Shown here: piece by piece, positions 51,028 through 61,184 of the stretch
How positions within the stretch are numbered: the stretch's first letter is position 1
Layout: each line of letters opens with the position of its first letter
DNA from: Actinomycetales bacterium
Lineage (GTDB): Bacteria; Actinomycetota; Actinomycetes; Actinomycetales; Microbacteriaceae
NCBI GenBank assembly: GCA_028868975.1
Contig: JAGWTM010000001.1
Location: 4,301 to 68,300, forward strand
Direction: 5' to 3'
DNA length: 64,000 bases
Program-made: the position numbers and the translations under genes
Notes under the pieces: model-generated
What the model saw: only the letters and a program-made list of their open reading frames with translations
The model's database searches: none
Told to the model about the DNA's origin: nothing

Positions 51028-52299
51028 CTAAACCGTTTGCGAGCCGGCCGAACCAGCGCGGACGTGCCCCGAGCCGCGAACAATCCACTTGGTGCTGGTC
51101 AACTCGGCCAGACCCATTGGCCCGCGGGCGTGAAGCTTCTGAGTCGAGATGCCCACTTCGGCACCAAAACCAAATTCGCCACCGTCGGTGAAGCGCGTCG
51201 AAGCATTAACCATCACCGTTGAAGCATCGACCTCGGCGAGGAATCGCTCGGCATTTTCTACGTTTTCGGTGATGATGGCCTCGGTGTGCTTGGTTGAGTA
51301 CTTCTCAATGTGAGCCAGGGCCTCATCCAGGTTGGCAACGACTTTCACAGCCAAATCCAGATCGTGGTACTCGGCCGCCCAGTCTTCCTCGGTCGCCGGG
51401 ACCGTTGGGAAGTATGCGTTTTGAGCCGCCTCATCACCGTGAATGGTGACGCCTCGCTCCCCCAGAGCGTCGAGTAGCGAGGGAAGGATGCGCTCGGCGG
51501 CACCGGCGTGCACCAGGACTGTCTCGACAGCGTTACAGACGCTTGGGCGCTGAACCTTTGCGTTGGTGACAATATCGAGCGTCCAGTCGAGACGGGCTGT
51601 CTCGTCAACAAATATGTGCACGACGCCATCACCGGTCTGAATCGTTGGCACCTTTGCTTCCTGGACGACCTGCTGAATTAGACCGGCACCGCCTCGTGGA
51701 ATCAGGACGTCAATCAAACCGACGGCACGCATCATCTCGAGACCGCCATCGCGGCCGAACTCATCCACAGACTGAATTGCATTGCGGTTGAGCCCTGCTT
51801 GCGCCAATGCATCCTGAAGCACGCCTACAAGAACAGTGTTGGTGTTTTGGGCTGCCGAACCGCCGCGCAAAACAGCAGCATTACCGCTCTTGATGGCAAG
51901 GGTCGCTATGTCGATGGTCACGTTTGGGCGGGCCTCGTAGATGCAGCCGATCACTCCGAGCGGCACCCGAATCTGAGTCAACTTCAGGCCGTTCGGTAGG
52001 GTCATGCCACGCAAAACATCACCGATCGGGTCTGGCAAATTGACAATCGAGAGAGCCGCGTTGGCAATCTCCTGGATGCGTGCCTCGGTCAAACGCAGTC
52101 GGTCAACCAGGCTCTCGCTGACGCCATTCTCTGCAGCGTTGGCAACGTCAACAGCGTTTGCCTCGAGAATCTCGGGCGTTCGAGTGATCAGGAGCGCAGC
52201 AATTTGGCGCAGCACATCGTTTTTCTGCCCGGTGGTGGCCTGGGCTAGCGAACCCGAGGCATTCTTGGCGAGTTGGATTTTGTCGATTGCAGTTGCCAT
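51028..52299 (-). CDS. proA: glutamate-5-semialdehyde dehydrogenase (gamma-glutamyl phosphate reductase)
   Basis: 423-aa aldehyde-dehydrogenase-fold ORF with an ACNAVETVLVH-type catalytic Cys region (SVCNAVETVLVH). It shows proB-proA synteny. Confidence 0.95.
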   Translation of the reverse strand: MATAIDKIQLAKNASGSLAQATTGQKNDVLRQIAALLITRTPEILEANAVDVANAAENGVSESLVDRLRLTEARIQEIANAALSIVNLPDPIGDVLRGMTLPNGLKLTQIRVPLGVIGCIYEARPNVTIDIATLAIKSGNAAVLRGGSAAQNTNTVLVGVLQDALAQAGLNRNAIQSVDEFGRDGGLEMMRAVGLIDVLIPRGGAGLIQQVVQEAKVPTIQTGDGVVHIFVDETARLDWTLDIVTNAKVQRPSVCNAVETVLVHAGAAERILPSLLDALGERGVTIHGDEAAQNAYFPTVPATEEDWAAEYHDLDLAVKVVANLDEALAHIEKYSTKHTEAIITENVENAERFLAEVDASTVMVNASTRFTDGGEFGFGAEVGISTQKLHARGPMGLAELTSTKWIVRGSGHVRAGSAGSQTV

Positions 52300-52308
52300 A
52301 GGAAAACT

Positions 52309-53094
52309 TTAGCCCGCAGCGGCTGCTTCGAAGAAGGTACCGACCGGCTGGCCGTCGAGAGCGGCAGCGACATTGTCGGTGCTGGTTAGCAGAACGCTGA
52401 CTCCCGAATCGGTTGCGACTCGAGCGGCACCAACCTTGGTTACAGCCCCACCGGTTCCGACACCCGTGCTGGTTCCGCCGATTTCAATGTCGTCCAGGGT
52501 TGCACCCGCAGGCACAAATTCGATCCGTGCCGCACCGGGCTTGCTCGGAGGCATGTCATAAAGCGCGTCGACATCACTCAGCAGCACGAGCGCATCCGCC
52601 TGAACCAAGACTGCCACCAAGGCGGCAAGACGGTCATTGTCACCAAAACGGATTTCCTGGGTTGCCACCGTGTCATTTTCATTGACAATAGGCAGGACGC
52701 GAAGCTCGACAAGTCGTTCCATCGCCCGAGCTGCGTTCTGACGGGTCTCCTCACCCTCGAGGTCGCCCGAGGTTAGCAAGACCTGGCCAGCGATAATCCC
52801 AAAGCGCTCAAGGCTTGCTTGGTAACGCGCGATTAGTCGACTTTGCCCGACGGCGGCAAGAGCTTGAGAGGTTGGCAGATCTTCAGGCTTGCTATCGAGT
52901 TTCAAAAGCGGCATGCCGGTGGCGATCGCACCCGAAGAGACCAGAATTACTTGGGTTCCACGTGCGTGCGCTGCTGCCAGTGCTTCAACCAACGAATCAA
53001 TTTTCGACTCGTTCGCTCCGCTAATAGAGGACGAACCAACCTTGACTACAACACGCTTTGCGAGCGGCAGCTGAGTTCTGTCGACGATGACCAA
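52309..53094 (-). CDS. proB: glutamate 5-kinase (short form, no PUA domain)
   Basis: 261-aa amino-acid-kinase-fold ORF with VVVKVGSSS, VSSGAIATG and FGDNDRLAA motifs. The start is TTG. Confidence 0.9.
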   Translation of the reverse strand: MVIVDRTQLPLAKRVVVKVGSSSISGANESKIDSLVEALAAAHARGTQVILVSSGAIATGMPLLKLDSKPEDLPTSQALAAVGQSRLIARYQASLERFGIIAGQVLLTSGDLEGEETRQNAARAMERLVELRVLPIVNENDTVATQEIRFGDNDRLAALVAVLVQADALVLLSDVDALYDMPPSKPGAARIEFVPAGATLDDIEIGGTSTGVGTGGAVTKVGAARVATDSGVSVLLTSTDNVAAALDGQPVGTFFEAAAAG

Positions 53095-54597
53095 TTACTT
53101 GGTGTCCTTCCAGATTCCGGCTTCGCCTTCCTTGCGAAGTTCTTCGCGAGCGGCAGCCTTTGCACCCATGCGCAGGGCATACTCTTCGCGGCGATCCTTG
53201 GTGGTGCGACGTTCGCGCTGATCGAGTCGCGCATCCGTGCCACGAGGCCCTGCGATGAGCTCTCCGGCCGATGCGATAGTTGGCTCCCAGTCAAAGACGA
53301 CGCCTTCACCCGCGCCGATGACAACGGTTGAGCCCGCGGTTGCACCAGCTTTGAAAAGCGCGTCCTCGAGGCCAATCTTGGCAAGGCGGTCGGCAAGGTA
53401 GCCAACGGCTTCCTCATTGCCAAAAATGGTCTGAGCGACCCAGCGTTCGGGCTTGACGCCAATCACGCGGAAGATTTCTCCGTCTGGAGTCTGCTCCTTG
53501 GTCACGGTGAACTGCGCCTCGTCGCGACGAGCCTGCATGAGTGTGATGCGAGGCTTCACCGGAACCGCTGCTCGTTCCTTGCGAGCCTGCTCCACGAGCT
53601 GTGCTAGCGCGTAATTGAGTTCGCGAAGACCGTCGTGGCTAGCCGCCGAAATGATGAACACCTTGTAGCCGCGCGCTTCTAAGTCTGGCTTCACAAACTC
53701 GGCAAGTTCACGCGCGTCAGGTAGGTCGGCCTTGTTGAGCGCAATCAACTGAGGTCGTTGAGTCAACGGCAGTTGACCCTCTGGAACCTCATAGGCGTCC
53801 AGTTCAACCAAAATCTTGTCGAGGTCACTCAGCGGGTCACGACCAGGCTCAAGGGTTCCACAGTCGATGACGTGCAGGAGTGCAGAGCAACGTTCGACGT
53901 GACGCAGGAACTGGAGACCAAGACCCTTGCCCTCCGAAGCGCCCTCGATCAGCCCCGGCACATCCGCAATCGTGTAACGGGTTTCTCCGGCCTGAACCAC
54001 ACCCAAATTTGGGTGCAAGGTTGTGAACGGGTAGTCGGCAATCTTGGGACGCGCAGCGCTCATAGCCGCGATCAGACTCGACTTTCCAGCGCTCGGGTAT
54101 CCGACCAGCGCAACATCCGCCACGGTTTTGAGTTCGAGGATGATGTCGCCTTGCCAACCAGGCACACCAAGAAGGTGGAAACCCGGCGCCTTGCGCTTCG
54201 AGCTCGAAAGGGCTGCGTTGCCTAGTCCGCCAAGACCACCTTCGGCCACAACGAGTTCCATGCCGGGCTCATCGAGGTCGGCAATCGGTAATCCCTTTGC
54301 GTTTCGCACAACCGTGCCAACCGGAACAGGCAACTTGACGTCGGCGCCTTTGGCGCCATTACGGAAGTCTCCGGCGCCATCGCCACCGTCACCACCGTGC
54401 CGGTGAGGCGAGAAGTGATAGTCGAGGAGCGTGGTGACGCTCGGGTCTGCTACGAGTGAGATGCTTCCACCGTTGCCACCATCGGCGCCATCCGGCCCAG
54501 CCAGCGGCTTGAATTTCTCACGTTTGATCGACGCACAACCGTCGCCGCCGTTTCCGGCACGTAGGTGCAGCGTCACCTGATCGACGAAGCTAATCAT
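53095..54597 (-). CDS. obg: GTPase Obg/CgtA
   Basis: The Obg fold starts [22 protein letters not shown] motifs are [13 protein letters not shown] and NKAD. I chose the ATG at 54597 because the track extension lacks homology. Confidence 0.9.
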   Translation of the reverse strand: MISFVDQVTLHLRAGNGGDGCASIKREKFKPLAGPDGADGGNGGSISLVADPSVTTLLDYHFSPHRHGGDGGDGAGDFRNGAKGADVKLPVPVGTVVRNAKGLPIADLDEPGMELVVAEGGLGGLGNAALSSSKRKAPGFHLLGVPGWQGDIILELKTVADVALVGYPSAGKSSLIAAMSAARPKIADYPFTTLHPNLGVVQAGETRYTIADVPGLIEGASEGKGLGLQFLRHVERCSALLHVIDCGTLEPGRDPLSDLDKILVELDAYEVPEGQLPLTQRPQLIALNKADLPDARELAEFVKPDLEARGYKVFIISAASHDGLRELNYALAQLVEQARKERAAVPVKPRITLMQARRDEAQFTVTKEQTPDGEIFRVIGVKPERWVAQTIFGNEEAVGYLADRLAKIGLEDALFKAGATAGSTVVIGAGEGVVFDWEPTIASAGELIAGPRGTDARLDQRERRTTKDRREEYALRMGAKAAAREELRKEGEAGIWKDTK

Positions 54598-54709
54598 CGG
54601 CTGTCCTTTCGTTGTTCTTGAACTGAATTTAGCGGGTATGCGCCTCGCGGCCGCAGAAACAGCAAAGGCGAGCACGTGGCCCGCCTTGACTGTTTAAGTT
54701 TGGTTTTGC

Positions 54710-54964
54710 TTAGGCAGCCTCAACCACGTTTACAACGCGGCGGCCACCCTTGGTGCCGAACTCGACAGCGCCGGCAGCGAGAGCGAACAGGGTGTCGTCC
54801 TTGCCTTTGCCTACGTTTGCGCCTGGGTGGAAGTGGGTTCCGCGCTGGCGAACTAGGATCTCGCCTGCGTTGACTACCTGACCTGCGTAACGCTTGACGC
54901 CTAGGCGCTGTGCGTTCGAGTCACGACCGTTGCGGGTTGAGCTTACGCCCTTTTTGGATGCCAT
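54710..54964 (-). CDS. rpmA: 50S ribosomal protein L27
   Basis: 84-aa ORF beginning [25 protein letters not shown].... Confidence 0.95.
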   Translation of the reverse strand: MASKKGVSSTRNGRDSNAQRLGVKRYAGQVVNAGEILVRQRGTHFHPGANVGKGKDDTLFALAAGAVEFGTKGGRRVVNVVEAA

Positions 54965-54982
54965 TGTCGTTCAGTCCTTTGC

Positions 54983-55291
54983 TTACTTGATCTCGGTGAT
55001 CTGAACGCGGGTGAGCTCCTGACGGTGGCCCTGGCGCTTCTTGTAACCGGTCTTGTTCTTGTACTTCTGGATGATGATCTTTGGGCCACGGAGGTCGTTT
55101 AGAACCTCGGCGGTGACCTTGACCTTTGCTAGGGCTGCTGGGTCGGTAGTGACCTTGTCACCATCGACCAGAAGCACTGCTGAAAGCTGAATCTTGCCGT
55201 TGGCATCTGCCTTGACGCGGTCCATCGTTACGATGGTGCCGACTGACACCTTTTCCTGGCGGCCGCCTGAGCGGACAACTGCGTAAACCAC
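54983..55291 (-). CDS. rplU: 50S ribosomal protein L21
   Basis: (M)[14 protein letters not shown].... I chose the GTG at 55291, with AGAAGAGG upstream. The track extension upstream is non-homologous. Confidence 0.9.
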   Translation of the reverse strand: MVYAVVRSGGRQEKVSVGTIVTMDRVKADANGKIQLSAVLLVDGDKVTTDPAALAKVKVTAEVLNDLRGPKIIIQKYKNKTGYKKRQGHRQELTRVQITEIK

Positions 55292-55381
55292 AGGGTTACC
55301 TCTTCTAAGAACTTCGTACGCGGAGTTAACCGCCCTCGAATTGATGATGTTGCGCCGAAAACACACGGGCAACGAGGGTCT

Positions 55382-55410
55382 AGTCTACATCGACCGACAA
55401 TTTAGGTCAA
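55382..55410 (-). promoter_or_regulatory. candidate sigma-A-type promoter of rplU-rpmA(-obg)
   Basis: The minus strand reads TTGACC-17 nt-TAGACT, about 90 nt upstream of the rplU start. Confidence 0.5.
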
Positions 55411-55449
55411 ACTCTTTTGAAGCCGAGTTTGCCCATTTTTACAATCGGT

Positions 55450-57879
55450 TTAGTTGCCTTCCGATTCACTGGATGGGCCAGCGCTTGAGGCTCGGCGCGG
55501 CTTGCGGCGCCCGCTAGCGCGCCCCTGTCCCGGAGCAGCTGGTTCAGGCAGCGCCTCTAGAACGGCCTCTAGAAGCTTCTCAGGGTTAGCGCTCACCGCG
55601 GTTGCAGGGTCACTCGAGGGTTCTGCCGCCGGCGCATCCTCAACGGCCTTGACCGGCGGGAGAACAATCGGTGACGGCTCCCCAGCGGCCTCGTGAGCGG
55701 CAACCGTCGAAGCGGCAATCTTAGAAATCACGCTGCCGAGCTCGACCGCCTTCTCAGCGGTCACAACCTTGGCTGTCTCGGTGGGTTTCTTGTCAGCCTT
55801 GTCTTTGTCACCACCGCGATTGCGGTCCTTTTTCGACTTGTTTGACTTGCCCGAGTTATCTTCCATCGGGTGCACCTTGTGACGCATGATCGGTTCGTGG
55901 TGAACAATTACACCGCGACCGGCGCAAGCCTCACACGGCTCGCTGAATGCCTCGAGGAGTCCAATTCCGAGCTTTTTGCGAGTCATCTGAACCAAACCGA
56001 GCGAGGTGACTTCAGCCACCTGGTGCTTAGTGCGGTCACGACTCAAACACTCGATCAATCGACGCAAGACGAGATCCCGGTTCGATTCCAAAACCATATC
56101 GATGAAGTCGACCACGATGATGCCACCGATGTCGCGCAGTCGAAGCTGACGAACGATTTCTTCGGCCGCCTCGAGGTTGTTCTTGGTGACGGTTTCTTCG
56201 AGGTTTCCACCTGAACCGACAAACTTACCGGTGTTGACGTCAACCACTGTCATGGCTTCGGTGCGGTCAATTACCAACGAACCTCCCGAAGGAAGGTAAA
56301 CCTTGCGATCGAGGGCTTTTGCAATCTGTTCGCCCACTCGGTACTCGTCGAAGACATCCTTCTCGCCGACGTAGTTCTCGACTCTCTCGAGCAGGTCCGG
56401 CGCAACCGAGGCTAAGTATTCCTCGATCGTGCCCCTCGCGTCATCACCTGAGATGACCATCTTCTGGAAGTCTTCGTTGAAAACATCTCGAACGATCTTG
56501 ACCAGCAGGTCAGGCTCGCTGTGAAGCATGGCCGGGGCGTTGCCCTTCTCCACCTTCTTCTGGATGTCTTCCCACTGAGCCTGGAGGCGCTGAACATCGA
56601 GCGTTAGCTGTTCCTCTGTCGCGCCTTCGGCAGCAGTTCTCACAATCACACCGGCGTCCTCAGGAAGGATCTCCTTGAGAATCTTTTTCAAGCGAGCGCG
56701 TTCGCTATCAGGCAACTTGCGTGAAATGCCGTTCATGGAACCGTTCGGCACGTAGACCAGGTAGCGACCTGGGAGTGACACCTGACTGGTTAGACGAGCA
56801 CCCTTTTGACCGACAGGGTCTTTAGTAACCTGCACGAGCACCGTGTCACCCGATTTGAGGGCCAGCTCGATGCGTCGAGGCTGATTGCCAGTCTCAGCGA
56901 GCTCCCAATCAACCTCACCCGAATAGAGGACGGCATTGCGACCACGACCGATATCTACGAAGGCTGCCTCCATTGAAGGCAAAACGTTCTGAATCTTGCC
57001 TAGGTAGACGTTGCCGATCAGGCTCGCCTCCGAGGCTTTAGCGACGTAGTGCTCAACCAGAATTCCGTCTTCGAGAACGCCGATCTGAATCTTGCCGTCT
57101 TTCGAACGGACAACCATGGTGCGATCCACGGCTTCACGTCTGGCCAAAAATTCAGATTCGGTGATGACCGTGCGACGTCGACCTGCATCGCGACCATCGC
57201 GGCGGCGCTGCTTTTTAGCTTCTAGTCGGGTCGAACCTTTGACTCGCTGCGGCTCGTTGCTAGGTTCTTTCGGAGCGCGCGGCTCACGAACCTTCACCAC
57301 GACATTTGGCGCGGCCTCACCCTCGACTGCCTCACCGGCGCGACGACGTGAACGGCGACGCAGGTGGCTCTCGCCATCGGCAGCAGGCTGCTCGATGATG
57401 TGCCCCTTCTTCGGATCAACGACCGGAGTCGGAAGATCGGGAGCCATGAACATCAGTGAGGTTGCCGAGAAAGCTGCAGGCGCTGCGGGTGCCGTCGACT
57501 CAGAATTCTCGATCGCTTCGCTAGATTTGGTTGCCTTCGTCGATCGTCTGGCTGGGCGCTTAGCGGCCGTCTTTGATTCGTCTGCCGCAGCGTCGACGAT
57601 TTGCGAAGGGGCGACTGCTGAGGATTCGGCGTTCGCATCCTCGCTCTTTTTTGCAGAACTGCGTCGGCCCGTAGATTTCTTGACGGGTACGTCGGTCGAG
57701 CTCGACGTGCCAATGACCGTTGACTCGTGCGCAGCCGCTGCAGACGTTTCAGATTCAACGTTCTTTACAGATTTGGCGGAACTCGCCTTAGCGCGGCTTC
57801 GAGTTGCCTTTTTTGCTACCGGTTCAGCTGCGGTTGCAGCGGCAGACGGATTTTCAGCGTTTTCTTTTTTGTTCACCAT
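55450..57879 (-). CDS. rne: ribonuclease E/G
   Basis: 809-aa ORF with a low-complexity basic/acidic N-terminal region. This is followed by an S1 domain (GNVYLGKIQNVLPSMEAAFVDIG) and an RNase E/G catalytic core (GGIIVVDFIDM). It shows rne-rplU synteny. Confidence 0.85.
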   Translation of the reverse strand: MVNKKENAENPSAAATAAEPVAKKATRSRAKASSAKSVKNVESETSAAAAHESTVIGTSSSTDVPVKKSTGRRSSAKKSEDANAESSAVAPSQIVDAAADESKTAAKRPARRSTKATKSSEAIENSESTAPAAPAAFSATSLMFMAPDLPTPVVDPKKGHIIEQPAADGESHLRRRSRRRAGEAVEGEAAPNVVVKVREPRAPKEPSNEPQRVKGSTRLEAKKQRRRDGRDAGRRRTVITESEFLARREAVDRTMVVRSKDGKIQIGVLEDGILVEHYVAKASEASLIGNVYLGKIQNVLPSMEAAFVDIGRGRNAVLYSGEVDWELAETGNQPRRIELALKSGDTVLVQVTKDPVGQKGARLTSQVSLPGRYLVYVPNGSMNGISRKLPDSERARLKKILKEILPEDAGVIVRTAAEGATEEQLTLDVQRLQAQWEDIQKKVEKGNAPAMLHSEPDLLVKIVRDVFNEDFQKMVISGDDARGTIEEYLASVAPDLLERVENYVGEKDVFDEYRVGEQIAKALDRKVYLPSGGSLVIDRTEAMTVVDVNTGKFVGSGGNLEETVTKNNLEAAEEIVRQLRLRDIGGIIVVDFIDMVLESNRDLVLRRLIECLSRDRTKHQVAEVTSLGLVQMTRKKLGIGLLEAFSEPCEACAGRGVIVHHEPIMRHKVHPMEDNSGKSNKSKKDRNRGGDKDKADKKPTETAKVVTAEKAVELGSVISKIAASTVAAHEAAGEPSPIVLPPVKAVEDAPAAEPSSDPATAVSANPEKLLEAVLEALPEPAAPGQGRASGRRKPRRASSAGPSSESEGN

Positions 57880-58178
57880 TTAAGGTGGCTCCAAGCTGCC
57901 TCTAGCGCTAGGCCACACTCACTAGCCCTAAGGGCTCTAATCTCTGTTGCTCGCGGGGTGCAAACAACCAAACCTGTGTCAAGCAACCATTTGTCTTGCG
58001 CGTACGCTGCCCAATTGCCTTGAATAGGCGGGTCTTAAGCGATTAGAGCGCCTGGTCCTTGAAAAACTTGCGTCGATGCGGGTGTGGCCGCTTCAACTGC
58101 TCTCAAGTATGCCAAAAAGAACCCGAAAAGTCACTCAGCTGCCAGTGTCGTCTCAGTTTCCGGTGTCATACTTGCCTT

Positions 58179-58811
58179 GTGAGTGATGTTGCGATCAAGA
58201 AGACCAGAGAAACTTTTGGTGGCACTATTGGCCTTGCCTGGGTCCTAATTCTCGGTGGAATCACCGGTTGGATCGGCGCTTTTGCGCTGACCCTAGAACG
58301 TCTTCATGTGGCCGCGAACCCTGATGCCGTGCTCAGTTGCGACCTCAATACAATCATTTCTTGCAAATCTGTGATGCTGTCTCACCAGGCTAAGCTTTTC
58401 GGTTTTCCAAACCCGCTTATCGGCCTGAGCGCCTTCATGTTCCCCATCGCGGTGGGCGTTGCAGTTCTCGCTGGCGCGCGCTTCACGCGCTGGTTCTGGA
58501 ACACCTTCATGGTCGGCATCACCCTCGGCTTCACCTTCGTGATTTGGCTTGCCTACCAGGCCATTTTCGAAATCGGAGCCCTCTGCCCTTACTGCATGGT
58601 CGCTTGGGCAGGCACAATTCCAATGTTCTGGCACCTGTGGACATATCTGACCGCCGAAGACATCATCCCCGTTCCGATTCGCACCATTGGTTTTTTTGAG
58701 CGGACGCGCAACTGGGCCTGGGTGTTCACGCTCATGACCGAGGTGATTCTGATCGCGATCATCGTCGTGAAATTCTGGAGCCAGTGGGCCCAGATGTTTG
58801 GCTGGAACTAA
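58179..58811 (+). CDS. vitamin K epoxide reductase (VKOR) family protein (DsbB analogue)
   Basis: Multi-TM ORF with loop cysteines LSCDLNTIISC and the CPYC redox motif. The GTG start at 58179 is my estimate. The track start at 58059 adds a Cys/Arg-rich non-membrane extension. Confidence 0.7.
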   Translation: MSDVAIKKTRETFGGTIGLAWVLILGGITGWIGAFALTLERLHVAANPDAVLSCDLNTIISCKSVMLSHQAKLFGFPNPLIGLSAFMFPIAVGVAVLAGARFTRWFWNTFMVGITLGFTFVIWLAYQAIFEIGALCPYCMVAWAGTIPMFWHLWTYLTAEDIIPVPIRTIGFFERTRNWAWVFTLMTEVILIAIIVVKFWSQWAQMFGWN

Positions 58812-58820
58812 ACGCTCGTC

Positions 58821-59240
58821 CTAGGCGAACCAGAGAGCAAGTTCGCGCGCTGCAGATTCGGGCGAGTCGCTGCCGTGGACTAGATTCTGCTGAACCTTCA
58901 AACCCCAGTCGCGACCTAGATCACCGCGAATGGTGCCAGGTGCGGCGGTAGTCGGGTCTGTGGTTCCGGCAAGAGCGCGGAATCCCTCGATGACTCGGTG
59001 ACCCTCGACCTTCAAAGCAACCGTCTCTCCCGAAAGCATGAACTCAACCAGCGGCTCGTAGAACGGTTTTCCCTCGTGCTCGGCATAGTGAGCTGCGAGC
59101 AAGGTGCGAGTGGCCTGCAGCTTTCGAATATCAGCGATGACATAGCCTTTGGCTTCGATACGGCGGATGATTTCACCAATCAGGTTGCGCTTGACGCCAT
59201 CTGGCTTGATGAGCACTAGGGTTTGCTGAAGCTCTGACAT
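58821..59240 (-). CDS. ndk: nucleoside-diphosphate kinase
   Basis: 139-aa ORF with [10 protein letters not shown] and NLVHGSDS (active-site His) motifs. Confidence 0.95.
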   Translation of the reverse strand: MSELQQTLVLIKPDGVKRNLIGEIIRRIEAKGYVIADIRKLQATRTLLAAHYAEHEGKPFYEPLVEFMLSGETVALKVEGHRVIEGFRALAGTTDPTTAAPGTIRGDLGRDWGLKVQQNLVHGSDSPESAARELALWFA

Positions 59241-59272
59241 TTTTACCTGCCTTCTTTGGATGGATTCGTCAG

Positions 59273-59710
59273 TTAGTTCGAGTTGTGTGGATTTTTCGAT
59301 TCGGTGACATCGACAACGTCAGTAACCACCAGATCGGCGGTATTTTGTTGGCTTTCCAGAAACGCTTTGGCTCTATCGATACCGGCCCCGGCAAGCATGC
59401 CCCAAGTCCAGATGCCGATGAAGATGATTCCGACCAGCCACATGAGTGGCACCCAAAACGCGGTCGCCAACATGGCCAGTTGCAATAGCCAACCCCAGTA
59501 GTAACTCCACTTTGGTCCCAAGAAGGCTGGAGTCACGACAAGCAGGAAAGCCAGCGATAAACCAACTGTCCAAATTGTTGGCCCATTTTCTTTGTCAAAT
59601 CCGAAGGCCACCAAGGTTGCGAAGAAAATGATGAATGATTCAAAACCAAGCACCATGGAACCAAGGGTGCGCTGCACCGAACGCTGCCGCGGAGCGCGAG
59701 TTCTAGCCAT
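59273..59710 (-). CDS. DUF4233-type membrane protein
   Basis: 145-aa ORF with 4 TM helices. It occupies the conserved actinobacterial position between folC and ndk. Confidence 0.65.
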   Translation of the reverse strand: MARTRAPRQRSVQRTLGSMVLGFESFIIFFATLVAFGFDKENGPTIWTVGLSLAFLLVVTPAFLGPKWSYYWGWLLQLAMLATAFWVPLMWLVGIIFIGIWTWGMLAGAGIDRAKAFLESQQNTADLVVTDVVDVTESKNPHNSN

Positions 59711-61184
59711 CTTGATCGATCTCTTTCTGCTTGAGCTTCAAAACCTCACCGATTAGCGTGATCGAGCCAGTCACAACGACTGCACCCCGCAGGGACTCGG
59801 CCACCGGCAACAGAGATGTCGCAAGTTCGATGGCAGCCAGCGGCTTCGGCTCCACGTGAACGCGATCCGAACCGAGCACTCGGCGAGCAGTCTGCGCCAG
59901 CTCATCCGCGGGAGTGGCTCTTGGCGAATTCGACTGCGTGATCACAACCTCGATCAGCGAATCGTCCAGCGCCTCGAAAAAAGCCGTCGCGTCCTTGTCG
60001 CCTAGGACTCCGATGACGCCGATCGCATACGGTTTGGCAAAACTGGTAGCAAGAGCCTGAGATAGAGCCTCTGCCCCGCCGGGATTATGAGCGGCATCGA
60101 GCAAAATAAGGGGTTCGCGCTGCAGCACCTGAAGTCGTCCCGGAGACGAGGCGTCGGCGAGCGAGGCTCGGATTACGTCGTCGATGATTCGAACGTTGCC
60201 AAAACCCATGAATGCCTCTACGGCTGCGATCGCGAGGGCGGCGTTCTCGGCCTGATAGGCGCCGTGCACCGGCAAATGAATGTCCTGATACTCACCGGCC
60301 AATGTGCGAACCCTAAATGTTTGACCTAGGTCGGTCGGAACCGTCTCCAGGACCTCGAATCGGTCGCCGTATTCAGCCAACTGATCCGCGGTCGACGCAG
60401 CCTTGGCTCGAATCACCTCGAGCGCTTCAGGCACCTGTCGACTTGTGACCACAAACGCACCGGGCTTGATAATGCCTGACTTAGTGGTCGCAATTTCCGA
60501 AATAGTGTTGCCGAGTCGTTCGGCGTGATCCATCGAAATAGGGGTGAACACGGCGACGTCGCCATCGGCAACATTCGTGGAATCCCACTCCCCGCCCATT
60601 CCGACTTCGAGCACGAGAACATCGACTGGCGCATCAGCAAAGACAGCAAAACCTAGGACCGCGAGCGCCTCGAAGAAGGTGAGTTTGGTATCACCCTCAG
60701 CTTCAAGCTGCGCATCCACAATTTCAATAAGCGGCTTGATTTCCTGCCAAACCGAATAGAGACGCTCATTGCTGACTGGTTCGCCATCGATCGACATGCG
60801 TTCGTTCAGTCGCACCAGGTGTGGACTGGTGAATCGACCGGTTCGCAGCCCCTGCTCACGCAGAATGCGCTCAATGAATCGAGTTGTCGAAGTCTTACCG
60901 TTGGTTCCGGTCACGTGAATGACGCGGTATGCCTTTTGCGGGTCGCCGAGCAATTCGACAGCACGACGGGTCGGCTCCAAGCGCGGCCTTAGTTTGTGCT
61001 CCGGAATGCGCGCAACTAGATCGTCTTCGACCGTCTGGGCCAGCTTGGCCCAGCCATCGTCTTCGTCTTCATCGCCGAACTCGGGTTCGTATTGGTCAAC
61101 ATCAATCGACTCATCGTCACCAAAGATCACCGAGTCTGCCGAGAGGCTATCGAGCTCGCTGTCGTACTCGCGCTCTTCGCTCAA
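59703..61184 (-). CDS. folC: bifunctional folylpolyglutamate synthase / dihydrofolate synthase
   Basis: Mur-ligase P-loop [11 protein letters not shown]. The TTG start overlaps the ileS stop (TTGA). It carries an acidic N-terminal extension. Confidence 0.9.
   Translation of the reverse strand: MSEEREYDSELDSLSADSVIFGDDESIDVDQYEPEFGDEDEDDGWAKLAQTVEDDLVARIPEHKLRPRLEPTRRAVELLGDPQKAYRVIHVTGTNGKTSTTRFIERILREQGLRTGRFTSPHLVRLNERMSIDGEPVSNERLYSVWQEIKPLIEIVDAQLEAEGDTKLTFFEALAVLGFAVFADAPVDVLVLEVGMGGEWDSTNVADGDVAVFTPISMDHAERLGNTISEIATTKSGIIKPGAFVVTSRQVPEALEVIRAKAASTADQLAEYGDRFEVLETVPTDLGQTFRVRTLAGEYQDIHLPVHGAYQAENAALAIAAVEAFMGFGNVRIIDDVIRASLADASSPGRLQVLQREPLILLDAAHNPGGAEALSQALATSFAKPYAIGVIGVLGDKDATAFFEALDDSLIEVVITQSNSPRATPADELAQTARRVLGSDRVHVEPKPLAAIELATSLLPVAESLRGAVVVTGSITLIGEVLKLKQKEIDQDG

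Noticed and set aside
52371-52400. TGTCGGTG (PafBC-type upstream box) inside proB on the plus strand; a similar hit occurs near 29950
   Set aside because: The hexamers located 8 nt downstream (CAGAAC and CGGCCA) do not fit TAnnnT. Both hits are intragenic and antisense to coding genes.
54598-54675. 26-codon N-terminal extension of Obg in the ORF track; similar upstream extensions occur for rplU, hrcA, dnaJ, uppS, HIT, rsfS and dedA
   Set aside because: The extensions arise from the longest-ORF rule with alternative start codons. Conserved N-termini and SD sequences support the shorter starts listed in the features.
57092-57883. 263-aa plus-strand ORF antisense to the 5' part of rne
   Set aside because: The composition is low-complexity and Ala/Ser/Arg-rich, as expected for the antisense frame of a GC-rich, repetitive coding region. 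It has no SD or recognisable motif and is fully embedded in the well-supported rne gene.
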